A DNA stretch of 64,000 nt from Selaginella moellendorffii (GCF_000143415.4 NW_003314264.1:1442733-1506732); one strand, 5' to 3'; counted from the first letter of the stretch, positions 37,155 through 50,747 are shown. Made by a program: numbers and translations. Notes: generated by a model not told the origin, from the sequence alone.

Positions 37155-37171
37155 CTCTAGTCCGACTTTGT
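37155..37171 (+). repeat. Target-site duplication copy 2 (rRNA-derived 17-mer between the two LINEs)
   Basis: CTCTAGTCCGACTTTGT lies between the 5' end of LINE copy A and the 3' end of LINE copy B. Confidence 0.95.
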
Positions 37172-37253
37172 TAAATGGGGCCTTTTATTTTCCAGTAAAA
37201 AACCAAAAAGACTAGGCGTGGTTTCATTGGGCACGAATCCAGCAAAAGAGCCT

Positions 37254-40200
37254 TTATCTAGAGGAGCCTACAATGGAAGTACCAACGGAAAGGGGGGTTG
37301 CTCGCGAACTGGCGCCCGAAGGTCTTCCGAGATGTGACACTTGGAACCAATAGTCCAGCGGTGTCCACATCCATTCCCGAGTACCTGCCTCCCCTTGCTT
37401 CCACAAAAAATGCCAGATCTGTGCCTCTTTTTTTGCTTTTTCTGGACCATTTCTGCCTCCTCTCTTTTCCAATTGTAGGGTGCGGGCTGCTGCTGCAGTT
37501 ATCATTCTAGTCCACACCCGTGATGCCACCACCCTTGGTCCTTCTTCTCTGTCATTGAAAATCCTGTTGCACCGGGCTTTCCACACTTCCCACATTGTAA
37601 TTCCTCGCAATAGATCTACTATCTCTGCTGGAATTCCTTCTGTATTTGTTCTCGTTATGTTGAGCTGATCGAACCGAGGTGCCCCTTCTTCTTTTGAAGA
37701 CCATTTCCAAGAGTCTGTTCCATTTCGCATTCCTGCAGCAGCTTCGCCCCACACTGCTGCTTCATACTTCATACGTGAGGCACACTTGTCTTTGAGAGTG
37801 TTGTTGCAGCAACCAGCACGTGCTTCTCCACACATCTTGTGCACTTTCGCATTCCCATAGTATGTGCCTTTGTGTCTCCCTCGCTCCGCATTTATCGCAC
37901 GTTTGGTCCACGAGATGTATGTTTCGTTTAGATGGTAGCCTGTCTTGCATTGTCAACCACATGAAATACCTTGTTTTTGCTGCCCACCGTCCACTCCATA
38001 GTCCTTTTAAAGTCTCCTGTTGCACCCTGTCTTGTATGTTAGCTTGTTTCATCCTTGATATCAGTAGCGAGTCACTGCGTGGGCGAATGAGCCTTCTTCC
38101 CAATCCTGTTTCGTAAGCAAAAAACTCTTCCTTTTTTTGTCCTTGCCAATTCCATTCCATTGGATCCCAGGCCAATTCACTTAGTTTTTGTTGCCTGAAC
38201 CAGTACATCCTAGCTACTAGGCCTTCTGATATCTTCGGGTCCATTGTTGCTGTCTTCTTATCTATCTTTATAACTCGTATCAGCTCTGCCCTTGACATGT
38301 CCGGTCGTGGACTTTCCTCAGGCACCTTGTATGGTAATAGTCGGCCTGCCCCCCCCCCCCGACTTCAAAGACAACACACTTCGCCTGGTCTTGAGTTGCC
38401 GTATATATCACTTTTTCTTCGGCTATCCACCATGCTGGTGTCGTTTCTCTGACTTCCCTAATGCTCTGTTTGCAGTTCCTTCGTGCTTCTTCAAAGGCTA
38501 CTTCAAACTTTTTCAAGCGGTGTGCTGAAATTTCCAGCCCGTAGAAAGACTTTAGTCTATCTCTGTTCATTTCTGTTTCCCCCACTTTTATCATCGAGTC
38601 GGCTTCTGCAAATGTTCTCATCCCAACACTGTGGAGGTCTCGGCATACCTTGTCTATTCCTCTGTCCCCTGTTTCCCCCAGACTTTTCCCCTTATACTGA
38701 AATAGCTTATTAAGGAACATTGGTTGTCGGTCCATCTCGTAGCTATTTGCCAGTTTTCTTTTTTCCATCTTGCTCTTGAATTCTTTCCACAGCCTGAACA
38801 ACTTCCCGGAGAACGTATTTGGTTTTGGCATTTTTAGCGTTCCTTCATTGAACAGCCACCTTTCATCTTTTTCCCAGTTTTGTCTCGTGTGTTCTAGTCT
38901 ATCTGGAATGACTTTGAGCAGTTAGTGGCATAGTAGGAGTTTCCATGGCTGGTTTCCAGGCATGTTCATTGGTGAAAGATCTTGAATAGCAGTGCCTTGC
39001 ATTGTTCCTCTATATCAATTATGTTTATCCCCCCTTCCTGTTTTGCTCTTGTGACCGAGCTCCATCCAACCTTTGCCCCTCCTCTTGATACTGTTGACTG
39101 TCCCTTCCATATGTATGTCCTGATGAGCTTGTTCATGTCTTTTAGTGTTTTCTTGTCCAAGTTCCAGGACACCGCCAGGAACCAGATTGCACCTAGCACA
39201 ATGTTGTTTGCCACTACACATCTTGCCGAGAAGGATAGCTTTCGTGATGCCCAAAATTTCAGTTGGTCTCTGAGCTTTTCAACCGCTTTTTGATTCTATG
39301 GGAGGGGGTCGTAAGTCCGGCCTACTTGGAACCCCAAATATCTTGTTGTTTCCCCTTGCTTCAGCCACTTGAACTCCCACTCACTTCCCCAACTTGGCGG
39401 ATCAGAGCTTGGCAACCATATTCCCACTGATTTCCCCCAGTTTATTCTTGAGCCAGCTGCCAGGTTAAAGAAGTCCAAATCCTCCTTGACCTTGCTCATG
39501 TTTTCCAGGGCTCCTGATGTGATGATTCCCGTGTCATCCGCGAAGGCACTAGATTTCAACTGCCTTTCAGCTGTCCCTGCCAGATCTTGTAGCGAGTCTC
39601 TACACTCGGGCAATACCAGCCCCTCTGGCCCATCCTCCCTTGCTAAATAGTGCGCTAACGCATCGGCCACGAAAAAGAATAAAAAAGGGGCTAGTGGACA
39701 CCCTTGTCTTACTGACCGTTGTAGCTTGATTGTGTTCCCCACTGTCCCATTTATTGTGACTTTGCTTGATGCACCTTGGTATAGGGTGGCCGTCCATCCT
39801 ATGAACTTTTCTGGAATGCCAATCTTCCTCATCGTCATTTGCAGGAACTCCCAATCCACTCTGTCATACGCCTTCTCATAATCTAGGAGTATTATTGCCA
39901 TCTCTAGTCCTTGGTCCTCGACTTGTTCTTGCGTGAGCAGCACTGTCAGGATGTTGTCTACCAGCTGTCTACCTTCCACAAATCCATTCTGGGTGTCGTG
40001 TATCGTCTCTGGCAGTATCGGCCTTAATCTCTTGGCAAGCGCCTTGGCTACTATCTTGTATAGGGTGTTCAGCATCGAGATCGGTCTCCAGTTTTTTATT
40101 AGAGATGCATCCCCTCCTTTTTTCGGAATGAGTGCAATTACTCCATCTATGGCTCCTGGAGGCCATTGTCCTGTTCTCATCACCTCCCTCCATGTGTCCA

Positions 40201-41697
40201 ACACTACTGGCCCAATCCATTCCTAGTTCGCTTTATAATACGCTGGTGGCATCCCATCTTCCCCGGGCATCTTGTCATCGTTCAGGTCTCTGACTGCCTC
40301 CTCTAGTTCTTCTAATGTGAAGTTTCTACACAAGGCTTGTGCTAAGGATTCATCTACTTTCCGGGGCATAACCTGGAGCACCTCATTCATGGCTGTTTTC
40401 CTTTCTTTTGTCCATGGTTCCGCCATAAACAGTCCTTGGTAGTATGCCTCAGCCATCTTGTGCTTTCCTGTAGGCTCGTGTGCATCACCCCTTGGTCGTC
40501 CTTGAGCCCGAACATTGGCGGGGACGTGACTCTTGCTTTTATAGACTTATAAAACTCTTTGTTTAGTGCATTCTCGCTATTATGCCACTTGAGGTGCCCC
40601 GACCTTATAAATGCCTCCATTTTTTCCGCCTCCAGGGTGAAAAGTTGGGCTTTGGTTCTTGCTAACTGAGTTCTGAGTGACGCATCCAGCGGGTCCAACC
40701 TAATCAATCTCTTAATAGCTTCAATATTTCTTCTTATAGCTTGCACTTTTTTATAGACTTTTCTTCGTTTGTTCTGTGTCTTTTTCCTGATCTCATTGTC
40801 TATCTTGATTGTGAACTTGTGCAGATCCCCTCCTTCTTGTTGATTCCACTTTTCTTTTATGTAATCATTCAGCTCTCTATCCTCAAAATTTTTCCGAGAT
40901 ACTGGTGCAGGCCTCTTTGTTCCCCACCTCTTTAAGATGGGAAGGGTCAATGATACTGAGTTGTGATCCGAGAAGTCTCTGTATCCCGTGGCTATGTCTA
41001 GTTTTCCACTGTTCTGACACAGTTCTGGTGACACATAAAACCGGTCCAGTCTTCGTTGTATTCCTCGTTGCTGGTGCTCTTGCCATGTGAACCTTGGCTG
41101 GTGTTGCACAAAGCCCGAGATGTTGTATGTGTCTTCTAGCCCCATAGCTAGCACTAGTTGTGCTCACATTGCTCTTTCCCTGCTCGTCCTCTTATCTCTC
41201 ATTTCTCCCCCATCTTTGTCTAGCTCTTCTTCCACAAAGTTGAAATCTCCCGTGACCATCCATGCTGAGGGTTGTGCAGGTATTCGGTGTACCAACTCAT
41301 TCCAGAAGTCTGCCCTTTTGAAGGAGCTTCCTGCTGGTGCATACACATTCAGGAGGCCCACTAGCATATCACCTATCTTAAACTGGACACACTGTGCTCT
41401 GCCCGGTACCAGTATTGCATGATCTTCAACCAGGGATTCCCACGGGCCTTTTACTACTATTAACGTGCCTCCACTGCCTAATACTGCCGGATTCCAGAAA
41501 TATTTTCCCTTCGTAAACTTATAAACCAGGTCCAACCTTGAGAGCCTATGCTCTTGCACACACAAGAAATCAAAACATTGCGTCACTCCTTCTACTTGCC
41601 TAAGGTACTATCTAAACTTCATCTTCTTATTAGTCAACGCTGGTCTCTCCTTCTTCAGGCCTCCCACGTTCCACATTCTCACATTGACGTTAACCAT
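37254..41697 (-). pseudogene. LINE B ORF2 (APE-RT-zinc finger), disrupted
   Basis: Same motifs as copy A, including WNVGGL, GDFN, LDYEKAYDRVDW, QGCPLAP and FADD; several frameshifts and stops. Confidence 0.93.
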
Positions 41698-44600
41698 TTC
41701 TGAATCCTCGGGCGCTGCCAAGACGCTGTCTCTCCACCCAATGGTATGGTCCCATTGGGCGGAGTGGCCATTGAAACGGGATTCTCACCGTTCCTCGGAA
41801 CCTGAACGAGTTCGGCGCTTGTTCCACGAGATTGTCTTCCCGAATCGAAAACCTCTGCGGGTTCCAGTTGAAGTTGTAGGCCAAAATATCCTCCAAAGTC
41901 CGGCCTACATCTTGTCCTGGCAAGATCAAAATTGCCAGTGGGGCGTATCCCACTCTGTTGTCGATCCATTCCCCCAGGAACTTGGGAGGGTTCGTTCCAC
42001 TAACGTAGAGCTCAATTTCACAAACTGCTCTTCTCGAGGGGGTGAATCCTGGTGAACAGTTTCCTCTTGCAAAGTCCTCCGTTCTGCCTGATCTTGAGCG
42101 TGACTGTTGTTGTTCCACTAGCCCCGGCACCCTTTGTGTAGCCTGTTGTGGTGGCATTTGTCCTTTATCTTGGACCATCTCTACTTCTGTGTCAGGTTCC
42201 TTTGCCTCCCCCACGGCTTGTCCTTCGAACCGTCTTCCTGTTGACCTCCATTCTTTCCCTCGCGAAGCCCCCGACTGTGCTTTTTCCTGCTTGGCTGCTG
42301 TTGATTGCTCCCCTTGTCCCTCTTGCTTCTGTCCTTTTGTTCGAGGCTTCTTGCTTTTGCCACTGGAGGCCGCTTTCTCTGTTGTTTCCCTTTCCCCTCT
42401 GGCTCCACGTTTCTTGCCTTCCGAGCCACTGTTTGCTTTCTGTCGGTCCTCTCCTATTTCCTGCATTCCCCCCACGCTTGCTCCTCTGGCCAAATAGTGT
42501 TTTCCAATGTGTCCCATGCGCCGGCAGATAATGCACACGCTCGGGTTTGGTAACAGCATAACCCTAATCCTTCTTGGCCCTTGCCCCTTCCCTGGCTTGA
42601 GTTCTATCTCGAAGGGGATGTGTACTTCTTTTGGAATCCTGACTTTGACCGTGACTCTGTCTCCCACTGGCATTCCTTCCATCCTTATGAACGTAGCAAA
42701 CTGCCTCAGTATTGTCGCCAGAATCTTGTCTTCGGCCAGTGCCACGTCCATGCCTTGTAGCTCAAAGTTCACGATCACAGATGGCGGGAGTAGCATCCTC
42801 TTTTTCTGGGGCTTGAAATTGTTATGGTATGCTCTGAAGAAGAGCTGAAAGTTTAACTGTGTGTACGCATCCACTCGCAGCAGCTTGTGCCGAGCTCTCT
42901 CGTCCTTGATGACCACATTATAGCACTTTTCCCCAAGGTCCTTCACATCTTCTGTTAAAACTGTGACCAACATGTCGTGATATGCCAGCGCTGCGCATAC
43001 CCAATTTGATACTACGAAACCTGCCGGGACTGCTCCTTCCACTATTACATGTATGGTTTCTTCCGCTCTTCTAGCTTGCAACTTGTTTAACTCCTCCATG
43101 AATTCTTCCTGGTTCTACTTCCAGAACATCATTTGCCAGCCCGAATGGCATTCTCGTGGGCTTCCTTGGTGGCATTATCTCCTCAATCTTTACTGGAGGT
43201 GGCCCGAACGGGACTATGGGTACATCCGGACATACCGACATTTTCGAATACTGTGGTAAAACCTTCGGGTATCCCGTTTCAGGCTCTTGCTTCCCTTCCT
43301 GGGATATCACCACCTCCGGCACGAGCTCTTCCCAGATCCCTCTTGATGACGATGCTTCCCACTGTCTTGCCTCATCCAACTTCCCTTCTCCCTTGTCCTC
43401 CCTCATTTTGTCATGAAGTTCCTGTCCCAATGGAGCTTCGTATGTTCGCGCCGCCTGTCCCATCCCGTCCAATCTCTCCTGTCTGGCTTCCTGTTCTTGC
43501 CTTTCCTTTACGGCCTTCTCCTTTTCCCTTTCAGCTTCTTCTTCCAGTAGCCTTTTTGCTGCCTCTTCTGCCAAGCGTCTGGCTTCTTACTCTTTTCGCG
43601 CATTGGCTTCCCTGATTGCCTTGAAGCAGGGGGGGCCCTTCTCCAGTGGGCAGCACGTCTTGACTCTTCGCTTAATCCCGGTCGGGGACCCTACCGCTGC
43701 TTCCTTCCCGCTGGCTTCCTTTTTTGCCCTTGCCCCTGCGCTTTCCTCCCCGACTCCTGGTGATTCGTTGGTGGGGTTTCTTCTAGGTGCTCTCGTGAGT
43801 GCTGTTTCCTCTTCCTCTCTTGCATCCTCTTTTCCTTTGTTTTCCACATTGGCTGGCGAGACTTCTCCTACCAGCGCCTCTTCTGGATCTAGTACCTCTG
43901 GAAGCTGCACACCCCTGGCTCTCCCTCCTGCAATACTCATCCTTGCCATTGTCCTTGCTCGTGGCATTTTTCCCCCAGTGTCTTCCTCTCTTTTTTTTTC
44001 CCTCTGATTCTAGCGTTCCTCTCTTCCCCTCCCTCTCTTTTTTCCCCTTTTCCCACCCTTCCGTTCCCTCCCCTTCTTCCACTTCCCTCTTTCCTTTTGG
44101 AGATTTTTCCCCCTTGCCTTTCCCTTGCCTTTCGCTTACTGCTTTGCCTTTGTCTTCACGCTACCCCTCGTCTTTTACCGAAAACAATGCCCTCCGGATT
44201 GACAAGTCCCCTTTAAATAGCACTGACCCTGGCTGCCACATGTCATTCCGCCATTTGCTGCCCGCCCCTCCACGTTTTTCTTCCCCCTTTCCTGTCCACA
44301 TTGATAGCGCACATGATTGCTTTCTTGGATTCTTCGGCTTCTCCTCAGACATGACCCCGCCACGCGACTCTCCCTTGGATTTCCTACATGGATTTTCTCC
44401 CCATGCGTCTCCACTTGTCGCCTTGTCCTTCTTCCCCTCCCTTCCAACAGTGACCTGCTCGGTCTCTTTAATTCCCACTGGCTACGTGGTGATGACGTTG
44501 TTACTGTCCTCGTTTTTCTCCCAATTTGCTACGATCTTGACAATTATTCCGCCTTTCCCCCCTATTAACTCCTCCCTTGGATTTCCCGCACCCGCATTCA

Positions 44601-44822
44601 TTCGCCGTCTAGCCGTTGTCTCGGGATTCTGGCCGCTCCCAATTCCTCCCATCTTGGTCTGCTGCGTGTCCACCATCTCCTCCGTCCCTTCTTCTCCTCT
44701 CGGTCGCATCCTAGCCGTCCAGAGCAGCGGTTTTTTGCCTTTGAACATCGTGATCTTGCTTCAAGCTTTGCACTTCCTTTCTTGGGCATTTCTCTGGCCA
44801 GCGAGCTTGGTCTTCCAACCCA
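41690..44822 (-). pseudogene. LINE B ORF1, 5'-truncated and disrupted
   Basis: ORFs 41690-43099, 43071-43574, 43587-43967 and 44161-44748 match copy A ORF1. Confidence 0.85.
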
Positions 44823-45102
44823 TCTAGTCCGACTTTGTGAAATGACTTGAGAGGCGTAGAATAAGTGGGAGCTTCGGCGCAAGTGAAATACCACTACTTT
44901 TAATGTTATTTTACTTACTCCGTGAGGTGGAGACGGGGCCTGGCCCCTTCTTCTTGTCCCAAGGCCGGCTCATGCCGGCCAATCTAGGTGGATGACATTG
45001 TCAGGTGGGGAGTTTGGCTAGGGCAGCACATCTGTTAAAAAATAACGCAAGTGTCCTAAAATGAGCTTAACGAGAACAGAAATCTCGTGTGGAACAAAAG
45101 GG
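44823..45102 (+). rRNA. 26S/28S rRNA fragment, 3' side of the insertion site, truncated at the Cassandra array
   Basis: TCTAGTCCGACTTTGTGAAATGACTTGAGAGG..GAATAAGTGGGAGC..GTGAAATACCACTACT..GTCAGGTGGGGAGTTTGGCT..ACAGAAATCTCGTGTGGAACAAAAGGG directly continues the sequence that stops at 364. Confidence 0.96.
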
Positions 45103-46229
45103 GGTGCACTCTTGTTCATGGGCCCTTTCCCTCTATATTTGAACCCCTATGGATCGTCTCTCAAGTCATTCTCTTTGGTTGCTTACAATCCACCACGCTT
45201 CCCTACAAGTCAATCAAAATGTCAGATGTCAATCAACATGTGGTGTGATTCCCCTAGCCAACTAACAGAGTCGGACCCGAGACCGCTCTGATACCAAATG
45301 TAAGCTCCTAAGTTTGGACTTCCCAAGAGGTCACCTAACCCAGTACTATTCAAACCCAAGGACGCTTAACCAAGTATCCCAAGACCCTTAACCAATTGGA
45401 AAAGGGGGTGCACTCTTGTTCATGGGCCCTTTCCTTTTATATTTGAACCCCATGGAATGACTTGAGGTGAACAGAAGCTGAGAGCCGCAGCTCTCCCGAG
45501 AGCCCCGCTCTCTTGAAACCCTACCCCTCGGGTCGAGCCCAGTGAGAGCAAATTGGACTAGCTAGATGTCAATCAACATGTGGTGTGATTCCCCTAGCCA
45601 ACCAACAGAGTTGGACCCGAGACCGCTCCGATACCAAATGTAAGCTTCTGATTTGGACTTCCCGGGAGGTCACCCAGCCCAGTATTATTCAAACCCAAGG
45701 ACGCTTAACCCCAAGTATCCCAAGACCCTTAACTTATTGGAAAAGGGGTGCACTCTTGTTCATGGGCCCTTTCCCTCTATATTTGAACCCCATGAACCGT
45801 CTCTCAAGTTGTTCTCTTTGGTTGCTTACAATCCACCATGCTTCCCTGCAAATTCACGCCCTCGTGAACGGAAGCTAAGAGCTGCAGCTCTCCCGAGAGC
45901 CCCGCTCTCTTGACACCCTACCCCTCGGGTCGAGCCCAGCGGGAGCAAACTAGACCAGCCAGATGTCAATTAACATGTGGTGTGATTCCCCTAGCCAACC
46001 AACAGAGTCGGACCTGAGACCGCTCTGATACCAAATATAACCTCTTGAGTTTGGACTTCCCATGAGGTCACTCAGCCCAATACTATTCAAACTCAAGGAC
46101 GCTTAATCCTAAGTATCCCAAAACCCTTAACTGATTGGAAAAGGGGGTGCACTCTTGTTCATGGGCCCTTTCCCTCTATATTTGAACCCCATGGACTGTC
46201 TTTCAAGTCGTTCTCTTTGGTTGCTTACA
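45098..46229 (-). mobile_element. Tandem array of Cassandra-type TRIM (4 LTRs, 3 internal domains) with 5S rRNA-derived core in the LTRs
   Basis: ~190-bp LTRs at 45639-45830 (TGTAAG..CTTACA) and 46036-46229, partial at 45299 and ending 45187; iMet-type PBS (TGGTATCRGAGC) x3; PPT; minus strand GTTAAGCGTCCTTGGG..TACTGGGCTGGGTGACCTCCCGGGAAGTCC resembles the 5S A-box/IE/C-box. Confidence 0.92.
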
Positions 46230-48059
46230 TTCATTTAGTTAGCCATACTAATGTAATTGCCATGCAACTAGGATGGCAATATACTTTGTATATATTACCA
46301 TTATTATTATTATTATTGCCCTAGAGTTTGAGCTATCATGCAAGCCTCTTCTTTGATTCATGTTGTGTGCCCAAGGATTGTAGGTTCATGTTTATATATA
46401 CTTGAACACTTGCAATAACTAGTGATAGAAGCTACCTATGAATGGTTGTCTCTTTGAATGATAAGAACAAACATTATTAATGGCTCGGTTAGTAAAGGGC
46501 TAACAGTGACAAGGTGGTAGTGGTCAATGGATAGACCTTCACATGAGGACAATGAGGCCATAAAAATGTTATGCTGTCATGAGGTGGAGTTGTGGTTTTT
46601 TAGGAGTTGAGGAGGGGTGGTGTGAAAAGAAAACCCTCAGGCAATAGCTTCAACCAGCAAATGCATAAGAAGCAAAGTAGGCATCATTGTTCAAGTGAAC
46701 TCATAGCACTTGGCCTTTTGTTTCTTGTTCCCAAGCATTAATAATGTTAGGGAGAGTGCTTTTCAATGGAGGTAGTACTAGGAGATCAAGAGGATCTTTA
46801 GAATCTGGTATCTTCCTTGTGATTCATTATTTCTTATGTGCATGTGTCTAGATTAAAAAAGACAAAAATGAAACTAACTTAATACAATAAGTAAAGCAAA
46901 CTTACCATCACTTCAACCACTTCCATGTATTTCTCAGTGTTAGATAACAAGCACTCGTAACTTCTTCCTCCAAGCCAAAACTAACTTTCCTCTTTTGCTA
47001 TGGAACTCAAGGCACAACTTCCCAAAAACCATCACTATAAGTGCTAACATTTTTTATATATTATCAAGATTAAGAACATTTATCAATAATTAATCAGTCC
47101 CCATGAAAGATATTTGCCTTCTTGGACTTTCCAACAAAGTTTACAGTGTTTAAAATAAAACATACAAAGTTAAGGAAAGATTTTACTAGGATATTGAGAG
47201 AACCTAAAACTGGGATAAAGAACCAACGAGAGAAACCACTTAAATTCTCCACAACTTATTTTGATTTCTTATTATGTCAATCATATAAAAAATTGATTAA
47301 ACCTTTGTGAAAAGATATTAATTCTAATATTAATTTATACTTTTTACATTTATTTTACCATAAGCTTCCATGGATTATTTATTCTATATCAGTGGAAAGC
47401 CCAGTGAACTCTTCTCTGTTAGCCTCATCCATGTTATTGTTTTTGTAGAAGACATCCCTCATCAAGCCTCTCTAGCTTGGAGACCCTTCTTCACAATCGC
47501 TAACACCTGCCCGACTTGCAAAGAAGTGTCATGTTTGGCGCACCAAGAAATTCCAGAAAGGAAGATGAAAAGATATCGGGCCTCCTTGGGCGCCCTGGGT
47601 ACCAAGCGCTATCCGGTAGGTCACGGTGGGGTTGACCATACCGACTTAGCACTACTGGGTCACTGACGAGGGGGGCCAAGTGGTCAAGGGTCAGCGACCC
47701 CATTTACTAAGCAACCCGAGGGATGCAAGCGCCCTTTCAGGCTCTCCCGGATTAACCCTTCTTGCAACTCCATTTCTTTTATACCGCTGTTCCTCTACTG
47801 CGCCTTGGCTGGTGGGATAGGTTTTCAGCTTACATGGCACAACACCCGCATCTCCGGGATGTCTAGGATTGTCGGTTGTCAACCTGGCAGTTTGCACCGA
47901 CATTTCGACAACCTATTCATTTCGATGGATTTTCCACCCAGAAGAATCATCCACAAGCCCGGCTGTGGATGGATTGCTCCAGCTGACTCGCCCCATTGCG
48001 TCAACCATGATGCTCGATCCTGGGAGAGATCCCAAAGTCTGCGATCATGGACAAAAATC

Positions 48060-49410
48060 TCGGCAACACTGCTCGAGCTGGCTCGCTGCTGCTGCTAGAA
48101 TTGTTGTGAAGATGGTCTCGTCTGGCTTGAAAGCCAGAAAGATGCATCTCTCAAAAGAGATCCAGTGCCTCGCTCACGCGTCCGTTCTGGACATAGGCCG
48201 CGATGATCGAGCTCCAGGCCTCCTGCTTCTTTTCAAATCGCTCAAAGGCTGTTCTCAAGGATTGGGCTGTGATGAGAGCCACTGAGTTGCGATCCGGCAT
48301 TGTCTCGTAGATGTCCCTGGCACTGGCAAGCTGGCCTTCCCGCGCATAAGCTTGCATCATCACAGTGGACGTCACAGCGTTTATCTCTGGCATTTCGACG
48401 AAGATTTTCACTGCTTCCCCGGATAATCTGCAGCTGACCAGTGAGGACAAGAGAGTGTTGTAAGACACCAGGTTGGGGCCGGGCATTTTTTCAAAGAAAT
48501 CTTTGCAGTGGTGGACGTCGGGTGCGTAGCAAGCGAGCATGGTGTTCCAGGAGACCATGTCCAGGCACGCCAAAGCATCAAAAACTGCTCGAGCTTTGTC
48601 GATCTTGGAGTGATCAGCGCAACTGGGATCGTCGAGTGTGGTTTCTCGCATGATCTTGTACATGCCCAAACCATACGCTCCAGGTGATTGAGCTTCGCTC
48701 TGGCACGACACAATATTGGGAGCAGGCATTGCGTCAAAGGGATCTTTCGCCATGGAGAAATCCCCAGCCTGGGCAAATGCCGAGATTATAGCGTTCTATT
48801 CTTGTGCCGACGCTCTGGAACACAGTCATAGCCTTGCCCGTGTTTCCACTGAGAGCGTAGCAAGGAATCATAGGCGTTCACGTCTACTCGTCGTGAGCAG
48901 GCGTGATTTGAAAGAGCTCTATGGCTTTTCCGTAATGCCCGGTCTAGGCATATGCGCACATCATGGAGTTCCACGACACCACGTTCCTCATGGGCCTATT
49001 CTCGAACATACATTGCGCGAGATCCAAACGCCGTTCTCGGCGTAGGCATTCATCATAGCCGTCCATGTGACCACGTCCTTTAAAGACCCGGCGAGCGTCG
49101 TCCAGGTGCCCCCTCTGGGCATACGCCCGGAGGAGGATATTCCGGAGAAGGAATTGGGATCTTTGATGCCAGCGAAGACGGAGAGGGCGTGCTCGAGGCT
49201 GCCACAGAGCGCATAGGAGATTGGCGAGGTACCGATGGTCGCGGCATTGCGCGCACATTGGCAATCCTGCGAGGAAAATCTTCTACTTGCTGCTCGTTTG
49301 CGCGAGAAGGAAGAGAGGAGGAATGGATCATCCATCCAAAGTCGCCAATTCCCTCCCGGGGATTGTTCTCCAGCGCTGAGATCAAGGTTCTCAGGCAGCG
49401 GATCCATGCC
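48060..49410 (-). pseudogene. PLS-type pentatricopeptide repeat gene, frameshifted
   Basis: PPR motifs (DVVTWTAMMNAYA, NVVSWNSMMCAYA, DMVSWNTMLACYA, WSSIIAAYVQNGRVSEALDLF) spread over different frames. Confidence 0.8.
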
Positions 49411-50747
49411 CAAATATGAAGAAATGCTCGCGGCTTACAAACACCGCGTGTAGCTCAAGCAAACCAGAGCGTTGATATTTATCTTTGGATAGAAGTTTTG
49501 GATCATCTTTTCTCTCTTGTTATGACGTGGTTTCTTCCATCTCCACCGAAGAGATTCTTCTCTGGACGAATTCGTTCTCCACCCTCGACTCTGCCAGGCC
49601 GCAGCGGAGCTCCTGGGATCAAACAGAGTCGATCGATAAGCTTTTCGTTTTCCTTCTTCTAAGATAAGAACTTCGTCTCTAGATTCGTAGTCTCTTCATC
49701 AAGCTTTCAGTGTCACCAAACTGGCACTCTGATCTCAACAAAATCCTTCCTCGCGTTTTGGATTCCACTCCATTCACTGTCACAAACAGACTCCACGCTC
49801 CACTTTGCGTTTGCTCTGCCGTATTGGTAATCAAACCGAGGGATGGACAACTTGGAGCGAAGGGGATACTCAATCGAAACTGAGAACTCGCTGCTGGAGA
49901 CGCGTAAGTAGTTTTTCTTCTCTTGACTTCCATGAGTTTGTATCGTTGTGAATCCAGGACTCTCCACCATGGCTGGGCCTTGCACTTTGCGCCCGAGCAA
50001 CCGGCTAGTGGCTCGTCCTCTCGTCTTGCATGGACAGTGAGCTACTTTCGCGACGGAGCGCGCTTGCTGAGCACAAAACACGCAAGGTCTTTGGTTTTTG
50101 TTTGCGGTGTTTGTTTTCATCTCAAGATCACGCTCACGCAGGAGGAAAGTCCAGGATGAAGACTTCGGAGGCTGGTTCAAGGACGTAAATTCACAGTGGA
50201 AGAAAAACTATGGAAAATTCCTTTCCTTGTCTCGAGTAAATATGGCCAAAGACAAACACTCAACTTGATGCAGCATGGGGACTCTCCATTTACAATGAGA
50301 AGCCGTGAGCACATGAAGAAAGTAAATTCCTAGTACCGCCAATCACTTTGACAGAAGTGTGGAACCATACGAAAAATCAATAAACAAAGGATGATCAGAA
50401 CTTACAAATGATCCATACTGAGTATTTTTTTATGTCTGTAAAAATCCCAGTTGGTCTGGATGTCCAACCGTGGGGACTTAAAGCCGACCCAAGGAAAATC
50501 CAGTCAGAAGCATAGGCCACGATACAGCTGCTTACACAAAACAAAATACAACCAACAATGGTGGCTTGCTTTACCAGCGTAACACTTGATCATCCTGAAG
50601 CGTACCTTTTGCTCAAAACCATAACACCTACGATGACTGTGGCTGCAATCAAACCAGGAAAAGGGGGCGATCCAGAAACGAAATGAGTTTTGATTCAATA
50701 GGTAAGTTAAGAAAAATCACAGTCCAAATTCATTCAGGCCAAATCGT

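Larger units (their letters stand above)
37172..44822 (-). mobile_element. LINE copy B, same family as copy A, 5'-truncated, same rDNA site
   Basis: Colinear with copy A (roughly 90% identical by eye); same 3' end TAAAT.GGG..TTTTATTTTCC on the + strand; 16-bp TSD; ends at the position equivalent to ~36300 of copy A. Confidence 0.94.

Noticed and set aside
45310-46110. Functional 5S rRNA genes
   Set aside because: Only the internal ~55-nt core is present, embedded in LTRs with PBS and PPT
46230-48050. Possible gene or transposon remnant
   Set aside because: AT-rich then mixed sequence with only short ORFs and no motif I recognise
49450-50740. Possible small spliced gene between the PPR genes
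   Set aside because: Splice-like signals are present, but I could not build a convincing reading frame or recognise a product
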